DNA of 64,000 nt from Podarcis pityusensis (taxonomy: Eukaryota), in the NCBI GenBank assembly GCA_964106645.2, contig OZ067047.1; one strand, written 5' to 3'. This document shows, one piece after another, positions 1 to 12,593 of the stretch. Made by a program: the position numbers and the translations under genes. The notes below the pieces were generated by a model that saw nothing but the letters and a program-made list of their open reading frames with translations, was not told the origin of the DNA and did not search any database. Position 1 is the stretch's first letter, and each line of letters begins with the position of its first letter.

Positions 1-1593
1 TAGTGGAATCAACCTTTAGCTTTCAATGAATGGCTTAGGAGCAGGCAGCAAGTGGAATCGGATTGATGCCCTTATGCTCACAAAAGGACCATGTAGCAGG
101 CGTTCTGCAGATTCCTTCACTCCCCTGAATTCCCTAGCATCTCTGAAAATCAGCTCCTGGGATTTCCTGCAGAGAGAAATCAGCAAAATATGCCTCCTTT
201 GCTAGTTGGTTAAAAGGAAGCATCCAAATGAATCACAAGCCCATGAACACCAAATGGATTCCTACCCAGAAAGTGGAATAACAAGCCACTCACATATCTA
301 ATCATCATGTTCCCATGTTGTCTGACTCCCTACCAGACTAGAAAATGAATTTATGGGCTTTGGACAAGATGCAGAAATGAGACTCTTCTGTCTCATCCAA
401 AGAAATCTGAAATCAATGTACTGCAATATTCACATTGCAGAATACAAAGCACCAGCAAAAGTAGTGCACTTAAGAGAACCACTTTGAAACAAAGCATGCC
501 CAAATCCAATTGTGTTCACTTGTCCACTATTTGCATGCAAAAAAAAAAATTATTGCTGGTGTATCTTATTTCATGATACGTCTCTCTGAAGCCATGCAGA
601 GTTTGAGCATGTAGCGACTGATTTACTGTGAATCATTTAATGTTGGGTGACAGCTGTTAGGCAGAGAGCTAACGTGGTACAGAAGTATCTGGAAATTGGG
701 GGGCAGGGAGAAGAAGAGACAGAATTCCTAATGCCCAGTTCTAATCCCCGTTTAGCTACAAAGCTCACAGGGTGAGCAAACCTGCTCAAACTTGGCGTGA
801 GAGTAAAATGCCCCTAAGTTCCTTGGACACAAACTGAAGACGTTAAAAACAATGATTCTCAAGGAATTGACGGGGGGGGGAACCTTTAACAGACAAGCAC
901 CCCAACTGAACCATTCTTGAAATGAAGATTAATCCTTAAACGAGGAAGGGTATATTTTCCTCACCCCAATTTGACCATGGCCAACAAATAACCCAAAAGC
1001 AATGTGAAGAGCTACTATTTAATGGGGAGAGAAGCTTAGGCCTTACTAGATTTCCATTGGTTAGTTTTAACCTTGTTGTAAAAAAAGTAAGCTATTATCC
1101 CAAAACAGCTTTCTCCAAGTGGGATATTGATTTTTACAGTCCAATACAAATATGTTCCTTAAGCGCAGGATATCTTTCAAAGGACATTTGCTCACAACCC
1201 ATATGGAAAATTGGTGCTATTAATACACTTCCATTATTTGCACGAACACACCATATATAGCCTGAAATTATTGCAGCTCTCAACTTTCGTGAACTGAAAC
1301 GTCTATTTAATTGCCTTCACTTGAAAGTCGTCTCGTCAGGCGTATCTAACACAGGATCAAAATACTCAGAAGATACCCAGGAATGGTTACTAGGCCTTTA
1401 CTCCCCCAAACAGAAAGCTTCCACTTAAGCTGCTGGGTGTATATCAAGACCCTATCAAAGAATCATAGAATTGTGGAGGGTCATGTAGTCCAAACCCCAG
1501 CAATGCAGGAAGATGCAGCTGTCCTATAGAAGGATCAAAGCTGCAACCTTGGCATGCTCTAACCAACTGAGCAGGTTGATCTAAAAAGCATTA

Positions 1594-1964
1594 AAATGTA
1601 AAGGGACCCTTGACCATTAGGTCCAGTCGTGACAGACTCTTGGGATTGCGGTGCTCGTCTCGCTTTATTGGCTGAGGGAGCTGGAGTACAGCTTCCGGGT
1701 CATGTGGCCAGCATGAGTAAGCATGACTAAGCTGCTTCTGGCGAACCAGAGCAGCGCACGGAAACGTTGTTTACCTTCCCGCCGGAGTGGTACCTATTTA
1801 TCTACTTGCACTTTGACGTGCTTTCGAACTGCTAGGTTGGCAGGAGCAGGAATCGAACAACGGGAGCTCACCCCGTCGCGGGGATTCAAACCACCGACCT
1901 TCTGATCGGCATGTCCTAGGCTCTGTGGTTTAACCCACAGTGCCACCTGTGCCCCCCCCCCCCC
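1594..1964 (-). mobile_element. Sauria (Squam1) SINE
   Basis: Family body with tRNA-like head and ACCTTT-type tail; TSD AAAAGCATTA at 1584-1593 and 1965-1974. Confidence 0.92.
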
Positions 1965-3174
1965 AAAAGCATTAGGGACATGAAATACTGAGAATACCAA
2001 AAGCTCTGCTTATCTAGCAATTGACGAATAAGGGCGTAACATACAGTGGTACCTCAGGTTACATACGCTTCGGGTTACATACGCTTCAGGTTACAGACTC
2101 TGCTAACCCAGGTTAAGAACTTTGCTTCAGGATAAGAACAGAAATCATGCTCCGGCAGCACCCACGCACGCACACACACACCAGTTATCAAAACCTGTTT
2201 ATGTGCAAGCTACTTTTGTGACCCTGTGGGAAGGCCAGTCGGCTGCTATTGCTCCTTCTTTTGTGCAAACTAGCTTGCAAGTTTCTGCTACTGCAGAAAA
2301 CCGAACCATAAAAAGAGCCAAAAATATAACACAATTTATTTGTGTGCGTCTGTGTATGTGAGAGAGTATGAATACGAGAGACTTATATGTACTTGTGATA
2401 CTAAAGTAACTGATCACGTTTATCATGCTCTCACTCCAAAACCACAAGTTCTGCCATACCCTATATGGTTGTGCTTTAACTGCTGGCACACAACCCAGTT
2501 CTAAACAGAGTAGGTTGTTTAAAGTTTGAAGCTGCAAGAATAGCATTTAGATTCCTGGCACTTGATTTACAGCAAAAGGCACAGCAGGTTACCCATCCAT
2601 TTACAATGGAATAAAGGGTTTTGTTTTGATGAAATATACTTTTCATACAGGCCCATGTGACCTTGTGTCATTTTGTAAAAAGAATGAGAAAACTTGGAAC
2701 TTGGTATGTAAAGAAATAATTTACCAGTTGGTATTTTGTTACTGGGGGAGAGAGAGAGAATGAACCTGGACTAGAACTCTGAAACTGTTTTCATCACATT
2801 TTACTAAGATTCAGGGTAGCAGACATTTTAAGATAGCGGTGTCTGAGAGAGACCTGCCCCCCGCAAACGAAGCAATGAATCCCCCATCCACTAAACCACA
2901 TTGGCTGAGGTGCAGCACAACACTTGAGACTTTCACAAGGATGTTTACTGACTTAGTACATTCACATCCTGCTTTTTCACCAGAGTCCTCAAAGCAGCTA
3001 ACATTTATGAAGTACAGAAGATAAACCAGGAGCCAAATGCTCGCAAAACAGAATAGCCAACATCTTTCCTTCCCACCACAGGAGGAGAGGGGAGCCGGTC
3101 TGACTGCAGCAGGGCCAGATGTTCTTCTATGTTATTCAATGAGACACCCTACTAACACTTCCATAGCACACTAA

Positions 3175-3443
3175 TAGGGCTGGGTGATATATTGATACAG
3201 TATATTGCTTGAAGTCCATATCATGATATCGGTTTCATAGTTTTTGACCTGGCCATATATTGCAAATCATGGGTGGGTGTTCATGCGCTATGAAAAAAAT
3301 CACAATGCAGGGAAAACCGTGAAGCCGGCCAATGCCTCCGCATAGCTCCACCCTTATTTCAGACATCGTGATATATCGGCATATCAAGATGTTTAAGCTG
3401 GAGATATATCGCAACACTGAAAACCAGGTATCGCCCAGCCCTG
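3175..3443. mobile_element. hAT MITE
   Basis: TIR TAGGGCTGGGTGATA / TATCGCCCAGCCCTG; 8-bp TSD CACACT(A/C)A. Confidence 0.85.
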
Positions 3444-3668
3444 CACACTCACCTGTTGCTTACAAAACCATACATGGTGCATCTCTAAGCAAGATCATCA
3501 ACTTCCCCTCTTGAGAGTCCCATGTTTCCTCAGACTACCACCCTGAAAACAACAGTGCTCATCTGAAACAATCCCTGTGATCATGCACAGATCCCGATAC
3601 AAGCTTTTCTTCTCTGCATAGTTGTTATGCAACTATGACTATGTCAACGTGCTCTAAATTGTATTCTA

Positions 3669-3899
3669 CAGTGGTACCTCTGGTTACATACTTAATTCGT
3701 TCCGGAGGTCCGTTCTTAACCTGAAACTGTTCTTAATCTGAAGCACCACTTTAGCTAATGGGGCCTCCGGTTGCAGCCGCGCAATTTCTGTTCTCATCCT
3801 GAAGCAAAGTTCTTAACCAGAGGTACTATTTCTGGGTTAGCAGAGTCTGTAACCTGAAGCGTATGGAACCTGAAGCATATGGAACCAGAGGTACCACTG
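3669..3899 (-). mobile_element. Tc1/mariner-type MITE
   Basis: TIR CAGTGGTACCTC, TA target duplication. Confidence 0.9.
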
Positions 3900-3920
3900 T
3901 ACAAGCTAAAACAGAAAATA

Positions 3921-4165
3921 CAGTGGTACCTGTATTACATACGCTTCAGGTTACATATGCTTCAGGTTACAGACTCTGCTAACCCAGAAATAGTACCTCT
4001 GGTTAAGAACTTTGCTTCAGGATGAGAACAGAAAACAGAAAACATGCTCCGGCAGCGCAGCAGCAGCAGGAAGCCCCATTAGCTAAAGTGGTGCTTCAGG
4101 TTAACAGTTTCAGGTTAAGAACTGACCTCTGGAACGAATTAAGTACTTAACCTGAGGTACCACTG
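3921..4165 (+). mobile_element. Tc1/mariner-type MITE (same family, opposite orientation)
   Basis: TIR CAGTGGTACCT, TA TSD; a truncated copy also lies at about 2044-2160. Confidence 0.9.
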
Positions 4166-5323
4166 TATTTTGGAAAATACAAAAGGGGCTGAAAAACGCT
4201 ACCTCTGCTCAAGTCATCGTGCACAGTGAGAACAATGCACCAATCCTGAGCTGAAATCGCTGTGTGTGATTCCTGCCTCATTTACCTGGGATTCTGATTT
4301 CCAGTAATCTTCTCCCTGTATCTGCTCTGGTACCAACCATGTGGTGTCTGGGTCACCCCCCACCCAAGGGCTGCATTACTTAGCCCCCACCTTGCTGCCA
4401 ACCTTGGGGTCCCTCTGCAATGCAGGGAGGATTAGAAATACTTTTAAATAAATTGTGGGGGGTAAAATATCAGCTTTAAATAGTATTTACAGGCACCAGC
4501 AGGAATGAAACCTGTATTGCCAAATAAGCAACAATTGGATGCATTTAACTCACCTTGAACGAAAAAGGATGCTCTTTGAACTACACTGGAAGAAAAACAA
4601 AACCACACTTGCGCGTGCACACACATTGCTTTTTGGACACAAGCCACTGGATCAGATTGTAAATAAACAAGTTATTCTACTAGCTCCGGAAAGAGGCCAT
4701 CAGGAAGCACAGCGAGAGTGGCTTTGTTCTTAAGAGTGCAGGGAATAATGTGCGTTGACTTTGTAATTCAAGGTTCAAACACTTTCTTCCTTTTTGAACA
4801 GCAGCTTCCCTGTTTGTAAGCTCAGGAAATCACAGTCACAGGGACATTTGCTGCTCCACCCATCCTTTAAGACAATTTTTAAGATTTCAAGGTAAAAATG
4901 CCATAAAGCTCACAATAGCACAACACTGTTCTGCCTTGAGTGGAATAATAAAAGAAGTCTTTTTTAAAAAAACAACAACAAGCACCCAATAACCATTTAT
5001 CAAGATTTGATAAAACAAGAATATTCTTTCCACCAATCAAAATAATCAGTCCTCAACAATATATCCAGATATACTGGTTTAAAGAACAGTGGAGTTTTAA
5101 ATATTAGTTTTTAATTTCTTTCCGTCATTATCTTTGCTTTGTGTCTTCTTACTATTTTTTTTTCTAAATCATAGGTGCTACTGCTCTTTTAGAAAGAATT
5201 TCAAATTAGATGTCAGCAACTTAGGTAGCAATCCTATGCACAAAAAGCTGGTGCAAAGTTACGCCAGATCCTAACCTGCTGCTCTGCCTAAGCCTGGCAG
5301 GGAGAAAATTAGCTTTTAAAATA

Positions 5324-5573
5324 CAATGGTACCTCTACTTATGCGCACCTCTGGTTACAGAATCTTCGGGATACACACGCGGCAAACCCGGAAGTATTTT
5401 TACAGGTTTCGCCACGCGCGCATGCGCAGAACCGCTCTACTGCACTGTGCGCATGCGCAGAACCGCTCTACCGTGCTGCGCACATGCGCAGAACAGGCAC
5501 CTCTGGTTGCGAAAACCTCAGGATCCGACTAGAGCTCCAGAACGGATCCTGTCTGCAACCAGAGGTACTACTG
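5324..5573. mobile_element. Tc1/mariner-type MITE with internal GCGCATGCGC repeats
   Basis: Imperfect TIR CAATGGTACCTCT / AGAGGTACTACTG, TA TSD. Confidence 0.85.
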
Positions 5574-6011
5574 TAGTGTTATATGCCAGATCATCAGGAC
5601 ACATGACTTAGGCTTAGGCTTAGCATCCAGCCTAGGTTCCTCCCTCTGGTCCCTCCCTGGGGACTTACCCTTGTCTTAGCTCAGCTGGCTGAGCCCCAGG
5701 TGAGATAGTTCTGTTCCATCTGATCTAGCATTCCATTGCATACATTGCCACTAGTGAACACTTTTGCACTAGGAAGTTCAATCTGATAATTGTGGTTAAC
5801 TCCAACACAGCATTAACATTTTCTCTCTACCAGCCATGGATCTTGACTCTGTACCTTGAGAGTGTTCCATTTTTAGCAAACAATTCCGAGCATGTCAGGA
5901 AGTGTGTGACCATTCTTAGCTCATCAGCTGAGAATTCCATTCATCCAGCCTTGTGTGCTCACTTCATATTATTCAACAGCACCTCAAAATCATAATGTGA
6001 TTTCAAAAATA

Positions 6012-6253
6012 CAGTGGTACCTCGGGTTACATATGCTTCAGATAACATATGCTTCAGGTTACACACTCCGCTAACCTAGAAATAGTGCTTCAGGTTAAGA
6101 ACTTTGCTTCAGGATAAGAACAGAAATTGGGTTCCGGCGGCGCGGCAGCAGCAGGAGGCCCCATTAGCTAAAGTGGTGCTTCAGGTTAAGAACAGTTTCA
6201 GGTTAAGTACGGACCTCCGGAATGAATTAAGTACTTAACCTGAGGTACCACTG
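6012..6253 (+). mobile_element. Tc1/mariner-type MITE
   Basis: Same family; TIRs and TA TSD intact. Confidence 0.9.
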
Positions 6254-6465
6254 TATAATCTACTTAGAAATCAGAATAAAAGTATGCTGTTGGAATTTTA
6301 AGGTCTTGGGACAGAAGCACCCAGAAAACATTACACACAACTTTTTTTATACCTCCAAGGACTATTGATTAATTTCCACATTCAGTTTATCCATCTCGGG
6401 GGAGGGACCAATGTAGAAGTTCACATTCACTCCTTCAATGGTAACACAAGAAGATTGTTCTATAC

Positions 6466-6601
6466 CAGGCATAGGCAAACTCGGCCCTCCAGATGTTTTG
6501 GGACTACAACTCCCATCATCCCTGACCACTGGTCCTGTTAGCTAGGAATGATGGGAGTTGTAATCCCAAAACATCTGGAGGGCCAAGTTTGCCTATGCCT
6601 G
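6466..6601. mobile_element. Palindromic hAT MITE
   Basis: 136-bp near-perfect inverted repeat; 8-bp TSD TT(C/T)TATAC. Confidence 0.9.
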
Positions 6602-7777
6602 TTTTATACTATTACCAAACACAATGTCATCCTTCTGTCTCATCACCAACACCCCCTAAACTAACCTTCCACTCTCCAGATGTGTCAGGCTACCATTTCA
6701 AGCATCTTGGACCAATGAGGATGCCAGTGTTTGAAATTAGTCAAGCGCCAGGCGCATTTTGCACCTGGCTATCAACCACTTGTGACCAAGTAAAGATGCC
6801 TGCACACCAGGATCGACCCTGACAACTTCCACTCTGCAGTTTTAAACTGAAATCTTAGGCGCAGTACTACGCCCAGAGCTCAGAAACCACTAGCTCTAAT
6901 GAAATTCCCTATCGCAAAATGTGCCAAGATTAGAACAATGGGCATTTTGAACCCTGCACTTGCCTATTGATAATGAAGCAATCCCATTGATAACATTATT
7001 TCTGAGCAGTAAAACATCTTCAGATTTAGTTGTACTATTAGGTTCTAATACACACCAGGGATCACAACTTTAAAAGAGCAGATATACCGGTACAATCAGA
7101 AAAGGGATTGTGTATAGAGAAAAAAATGCATTTTTAATCAAAACATAGAAAAAGTGCCGCAAGATCAAATGGAATGTAAACAGCATTCTGCCAAGCTTAA
7201 AACAATTACGGTACTGTGGATATCTCAGAGTGGAAATATGTAGAAGCACTAGTGATAGTAATTTTAGCACTTATACCAACATCAAGCATACGAAGTTATT
7301 CTCCTGAAAACTTTCCCAGCAGTCAAGAGTTCATTCTATATTTTAGCAAAAAAATACTTTTAAAAAAACCTTGCTAATGAATGATAATAATAATAATCAT
7401 GTTGATCAACAGCAACTTGACAAAATCCCAGTCCAAATCCTGATGAAGAGTCTGTCCCTAAAATTTACTTAGCTTCATATACTGAAAAGGTGCCACTTTG
7501 CCAACTATGACTATTGTAGTCATTTTTATATATATATATTTTTTAAAAAGGAACCTCTTTCTATGCAGCTTTAATCCAATGTGAGTCACTCATTTCTTAT
7601 TTCGAAAATGAACTTGCCTTCTCTATTTGGCTTCAAGTAAGAGTATTGTCCATAATCCTTAATTACAAATAATGGCAAGTGCCATCCTATTTTAGATCCT
7701 GTTCTTCCAATACACGAATTAGAGACATTACTTTGAAAAATGAAACAGGAGTTTGAAGCAGAAATTTCCACAGCAAT

Positions 7778-7898
7778 AGCTTTTTAAAGACACTGGAATT
7801 GTATTTTAATTGTCAGAACAAATCAAGGTGTTAAGAACATAAGATCTCTGCTGGATCTTATAGGCCAAAGGCCTATTCTAGTCCAGGATCCTGTTCTC
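7778..7898 (+). repeat. 121-bp local duplication, copy 1 (copy 2 at 9251-9371)
   Basis: Gap-free alignment by eye with a handful of substitutions. Confidence 0.9.
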
Positions 7899-7979
7899 TG
7901 TTTTTATTTTATTTTAATATGGTATGCTTTATCCATCCCGAAATGATACTGCAGTGTTTTTCTGTAGACAAAAATTGTG

Positions 7980-7997
7980 AACTGCTGAACTCAGGGT

Positions 7998-8011
<14 letters not shown>
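7980..8011. repeat. (CA)n microsatellite
   Basis: Read directly. Other microsatellites: (ATT/ATC)n 21710-21757, (GTTT)n 24269-24301, (TATC)n 32929-32997, (TTCC)n 43949-43995. Confidence 0.95.
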
Positions 8012-8034
<23 letters not shown>

Positions 8035-8244
8035 TTTAGGAACAGAACCACCCCCTGCACTACAAGCATAACCATTTAAAACTGACTGATAACATAGAGC
8101 AGCTCTAAAATGTATTATTTGTATAATTCCACTTAAAAAAAGGAAATTATTACTACTACTCCCACAGGCCAAGTCAAGATCTACAACTGTCACACAACTA
8201 GTTCTGCATGTATACAGTGTTGGAGCTTTTGTTTTTCTCTCTCT

Positions 8245-9092
8245 CTCTTTTTAAATAGTTTTTATTAAGAATTTCAACACCATAAATTATCAAAAACATA
8301 TCATCTTCATTCCCCCCCCCATTTTTTCCCACCCCTCACCCCAGACTTCCCTCAGCTCCTCTCTCCAGTTTTTCAACACATATTATTCTCTGCATATTAT
8401 AAAATTGTAAAAATCCTTAAATTGTCTATCTATTATGTTAACAATAATAAATTTGTGTATGTTTATTCAAAACCTGCCAAGGAATCCAAGTCATTTTATT
8501 GTTGTTTTTAAGTAATTTGTAAAAAGTTCCCATTCTTCTCTAAAGCCATAGTTGTCCTTATGCTATCAAGACTCTTGCTGCCATTGTCGCATACATAAAT
8601 AAGTTCTTTAATTTCCTTGGCAGGTATTTTCCTACAATCCCTAACAAGAATGCTTCTGGGTTTTTTTTACAAATGTTAGTTTAAACATTTTCTTCAACTC
8701 AGTATATATTATTTCCCAGAATGTTTTAATTTCTCTACATTCCCACCACATATGATAAAACGTCCCTTCTTTTTCTTTGCATTTCCAGCATACATTTGAC
8801 CCAGTTTTATGCATTCTTGCAATCTGTACTCATGTTATATACCATCTATACATCATTTTCATATAATTTTCTTTCAAAAGAGAGCAATCTGTAAATTTTA
8901 GATCTGTTTTCCACAATTTTTCCCAATCTTCAAATAGTATGTTATGACCTATATCTTGTGCCCATTTAATCATGACCGATTTCACCTCCTCATCTTTTGT
9001 TTCCCTTTCTAGCAGAATATTATATGCACCTTTCAGCAACTTCACTTTCCCTTCTATGACTTCCTTTTGAAATCGGAACTTTTGTTTCTCAA
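8245..9092 (-). mobile_element. L1/Tx1-clade LINE 3' fragment
   Basis: ORF2 C-terminus (WAQDIGHNI..WEKLWK..KENYMKMMYRWY, then a CWKC..HMWWEC knuckle); A-rich tail; frame disruptions. Confidence 0.85.
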
Positions 9093-9652
9093 TACAAATG
9101 AGCCCCAGGCAGTGTTGCAAACTCAGACATTCTCAACAGCAGTTTTGTGATATGGTGCAGCGATCTGCCATTCAAAGTCAACAACTGCACATGGAACAGA
9201 AACCTTAAATTATTTCTTCAGATGCCTGAATTCCAAAATCTCTGATAAGCAGCTTTTTAAAGACACCGGCATTGCATTTTAATTGTCTGAACAAATCAAG
9301 GTGTTAAGAACATAAGATCTCCGCTGGATCTTATAGGCCAAAGGCCTATTCTAGTCCAGGAACCTGTTCTCACCATGGCCAACCAGATGCCCACAAACAG
9401 AACACATGATTCCCAGCAACTTGGTATTTAGAGGCATGCTGCCTTGCCAGTAGAGGTGCCTGGTGTAACTGCCTATTCATATGCAATGCAATGAGCTCCA
9501 CTGGGATACCAAAACTTTCGTGATCTTATCTGAAACCCGGATTCAAATGGAGCTAAGGAGTTAAAAACCCCATAGGTGTAGCCCATGGGCCTTAGGTTGT
9601 CTACCCCTGGCCAAGATGCTATGCTTAAATATTTAAGCTTTTGCACCGTAAC

Positions 9653-10278
9653 TGTGCTGGGCCCGAGGGTTAACCCAAGCAACACGGTCCAGGTCTGGTC
9701 CCAAATCCAAGGATTCCACAAGGAGTCAGTCCAACAGGGCCAAGGCAGGAAACCAGGCTAGGTCAGGCACAGGGTAACAGGCAGGTTCCAGCAAGCAGCA
9801 ATGTTGCTCCCGCAACCTGGGGTGGGGTCCGGCAGCCTTTTATCTCTGACAGGGTAACGGCCAGTCCTGATCCCCCGGTGACTCACCTCCCTGTCTCGCT
9901 GAAAGGCGGGCACTCTTCCTGCGAGTACTCAGGTCTCTCCTTCTCTCAGACCTGAGTCTCTGCAGCTCGGGGGACGTTGGTGGGTTACTAGACCCAGAGG
10001 CCGCCTCAGCCTCTCCTGACCCAACTGGTAGTGGAGCAGCTGCACGTGATTGCCCAGCAGAGGGAAACGAGGTAATCCCCGCAACTGGAGCCAGGGCAGG
10101 CTCAGGCCACTGACTCGGCTCAGCTGGTGCTTGTTGCAGGGGAACCTGTGCAGACTGGGGCTCTTCAGAATCAGGCCTCAGACTCGGTTCAGATGCCGCC
10201 TGAGGCAAAGGAACCGGTGCGGACCGAGACTCCTCTGGTTCTGAGTCTGAGTCCGAGCCCGAGTCCCAGGCCATCACA
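9653..10278 (-). mobile_element. Solo LTR (probably Gypsy-type) in RASSF3 intron 1
   Basis: TGT...ACA termini; 5-bp TSD G(T/C)AAC; GC-rich; GATAAAAGG TATA-like box on the minus strand near 9840. Confidence 0.75.
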
Positions 10279-11877
10279 GCAACCAACTCCCCAAAGGGCT
10301 ACACGCAATGCAATACCGCACTAAATGTCCATACCAGGAAATCTGACACAATTCTTGGACAAAGATACAATTTCAATTAGTAAAAACACCCATAACTTGG
10401 ACAAGCACACTGGGTTACTTCAATTGTGGGATACCATATTATTAAATGTGAACCTACGCAGTATATAAGGATAGCATGTTGAAATGCTGAAAGCCCAAAT
10501 CCATGTGAAATGGGAGCGTAGCCATTATGACGGCATTCCTACACTCAAGACATAGATAGCCTCTTTTTTTTTTGTCAAATCTGAAAAAATAAACCAGTCT
10601 CAAGCTGCCTTAAATTGAGAATTATCTTTGTTTTAACTTCAGAAGACGAAGAGAAGGAAAGAGGGAGATGCCTCAGGAAATAAAACAGAAGGAAACATGC
10701 CAACCATATGCAGTGCCAACTCTGCAAGTACAACTAAAGTGCTAGCAGATGGGTGGAGAGACTTATATTTGCTGCTTCCTTTGACCTCATTGCCCATGTG
10801 CCCCTCCCCTTCTCCAAAGGGAAAATGCAGGCACGCAAACTGCAGGAGCGAGGCATGCTTGCTTATTTACTAAAAACAAATGAGCCCCTACAACTCCCTG
10901 CCTTCTGTGTACCTTAAGCAATACAAAAACAATTCACTGTATGTACTCAAAACAAGGCGATTATTTTTTTCATGAAACTAACAATCCACAACTTAAGTTT
11001 GCTGCTGCTGCTGGCCTGGGTAGGCGAGGAGCTAAGAGCCTATTTTGACTCAAATGTCTTTTCACTTGGCAACATGCTCAGAATGATTCAATGTGCGCTG
11101 CTGCCACTGTTCACCCTAGATGCCCCCTGCCAATCCCCCTTCAACAGATTTTGCACTGGTGTGTTGAACATGACCTATTATGTGACTGGCTCACTAGGTA
11201 TGGATCAAGTAGCCATACTCCTGATCGGGTGAGAACAAACCAAGTCTTTAATTATAAACGCTAGTTACCAAACCAATGCAAAGGTGTGTGCTTTTGTAAG
11301 CAGCTTTCAAATCTAATGAGGGCATAGATGACATACTTTGGGTTGCTTCACAAATACACAAGTGCCAATCCAGAGTTCAGCCCTGGATCAATCAGACTTC
11401 TACACTTTACACATTTCTGCTTTCTTTCTCCCCTTGCACACACTTTAAAAAAACAAAAACCCATGGAAAGCCCTTTGCCATTACACCCAAACCCACAAGC
11501 TGTGGTTTCCACAATCCCCTCCAAGCTGAAATCAAACTGTGGTTTCGAGGGGATGCACAATTCACAGCTTGTTGATTTGTATGCGAGACGACCTATGATT
11601 TCTATGAAAGCAAAAGTAGCTAACTGAAACAGAGACTACAACAGGAAGGAGAGGCAATATACAAGCAATTCCAACCATAGTACTGACCTTTACCAGGAAA
11701 CTCATCAGCTTTCTAAATGAGAAATCAATAGAAAAAACTTTAATGTCGACAAAAAACTCCACTCCAGATTTTCAGGAACTGAACCTCAAATGCAAGGTAA
11801 CAGGTTTCCCAGTACCCTGCAGCATTATTTCAGAAATGCAGCAACGCTCAAATATTTGTTCTAGAATCAGTGTTAGG

Positions 11878-12001
11878 AAATAGTGTGGTTTAGAGGTTAA
11901 AATGTTGGGCCAGGACCTGGAAAGCCAGGTTTCAAAACCCCACCCAGCCATGAAGCGACTGGGTGAACTTGATGACCAGTTACTGTCACTTAGGCCTAAC
12001 C

Positions 12002-12002
<1 letters not shown>
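11878..12002 (+). mobile_element. Squam3/MIR-like SINE fragment
   Basis: tRNA-like head plus ctgggtga.cttg..ccagt core; related copies at about 28636-28815 (+), 43998-44152 (+) and 60170-60315 (-). Confidence 0.65.
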
Positions 12003-12047
<45 letters not shown>

Positions 12048-12160
12048 TTATTATTTATACCCTGCCCATCTGGCTGGGTTTCCCCAGCCACTCTGGGCGG
12101 CCCCCAACTGAATATTAAAAACACAATACAGCATTAAACATTTAAAAACTTCCCAAAACA
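12003..12160 (-). mobile_element. L2 3' tip with (TAA)n tail
   Basis: Reverse complement of the 3' end seen at 56620-56735. Confidence 0.75.
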
Positions 12161-12242
12161 AAAAAGAGGGGTTATAAAAGTAATGAGGAAGCAGACGGTT
12201 CCACTGGTCTCAACATATTTAAGGAGAAGTATTATGCTCATA

Positions 12243-12593
12243 AGGGATGTGGGTGGCTCTGTGGTCTAAACCACAGAGCCTAGGGCTTGCCGATCAGAAG
12301 GTAGGCGGTTCGAATCCCCGTGACGGGGTGAGCTCCCGTTGCTCAGTCCCAGCTCCTGCCAACCTAGCAGTTTGAAAAGCACGTCAAAGTGCAAGTAGAT
12401 AAATAGGTACCACTCAGCGGGAAGATAAACGGCGTTTCCGTGCACTGCTCTGGTTCGCCAGAAGCGGCTTAGTCATGCTGGCCACATGACCGGGAAGCTG
12501 TACACCGGCTCCCTCAGCCAATAAAGCGAGACGAGCGCCGCAACCCCAGAGTCGGCCACGACCGGACCTAATGGTCAGGGGTTCCTTTACCTT
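12243..12593 (+). mobile_element. Sauria SINE
   Basis: Full length; TSD TATTATGCTCAT. Confidence 0.93.

Noticed and set aside
1723-1905. Recurrent small ORFs of the type MTKPLLANQSSARK... (also near 12414, 23811, 32163, 33380, 48039)
   Set aside because: All are translations of Sauria SINE copies.
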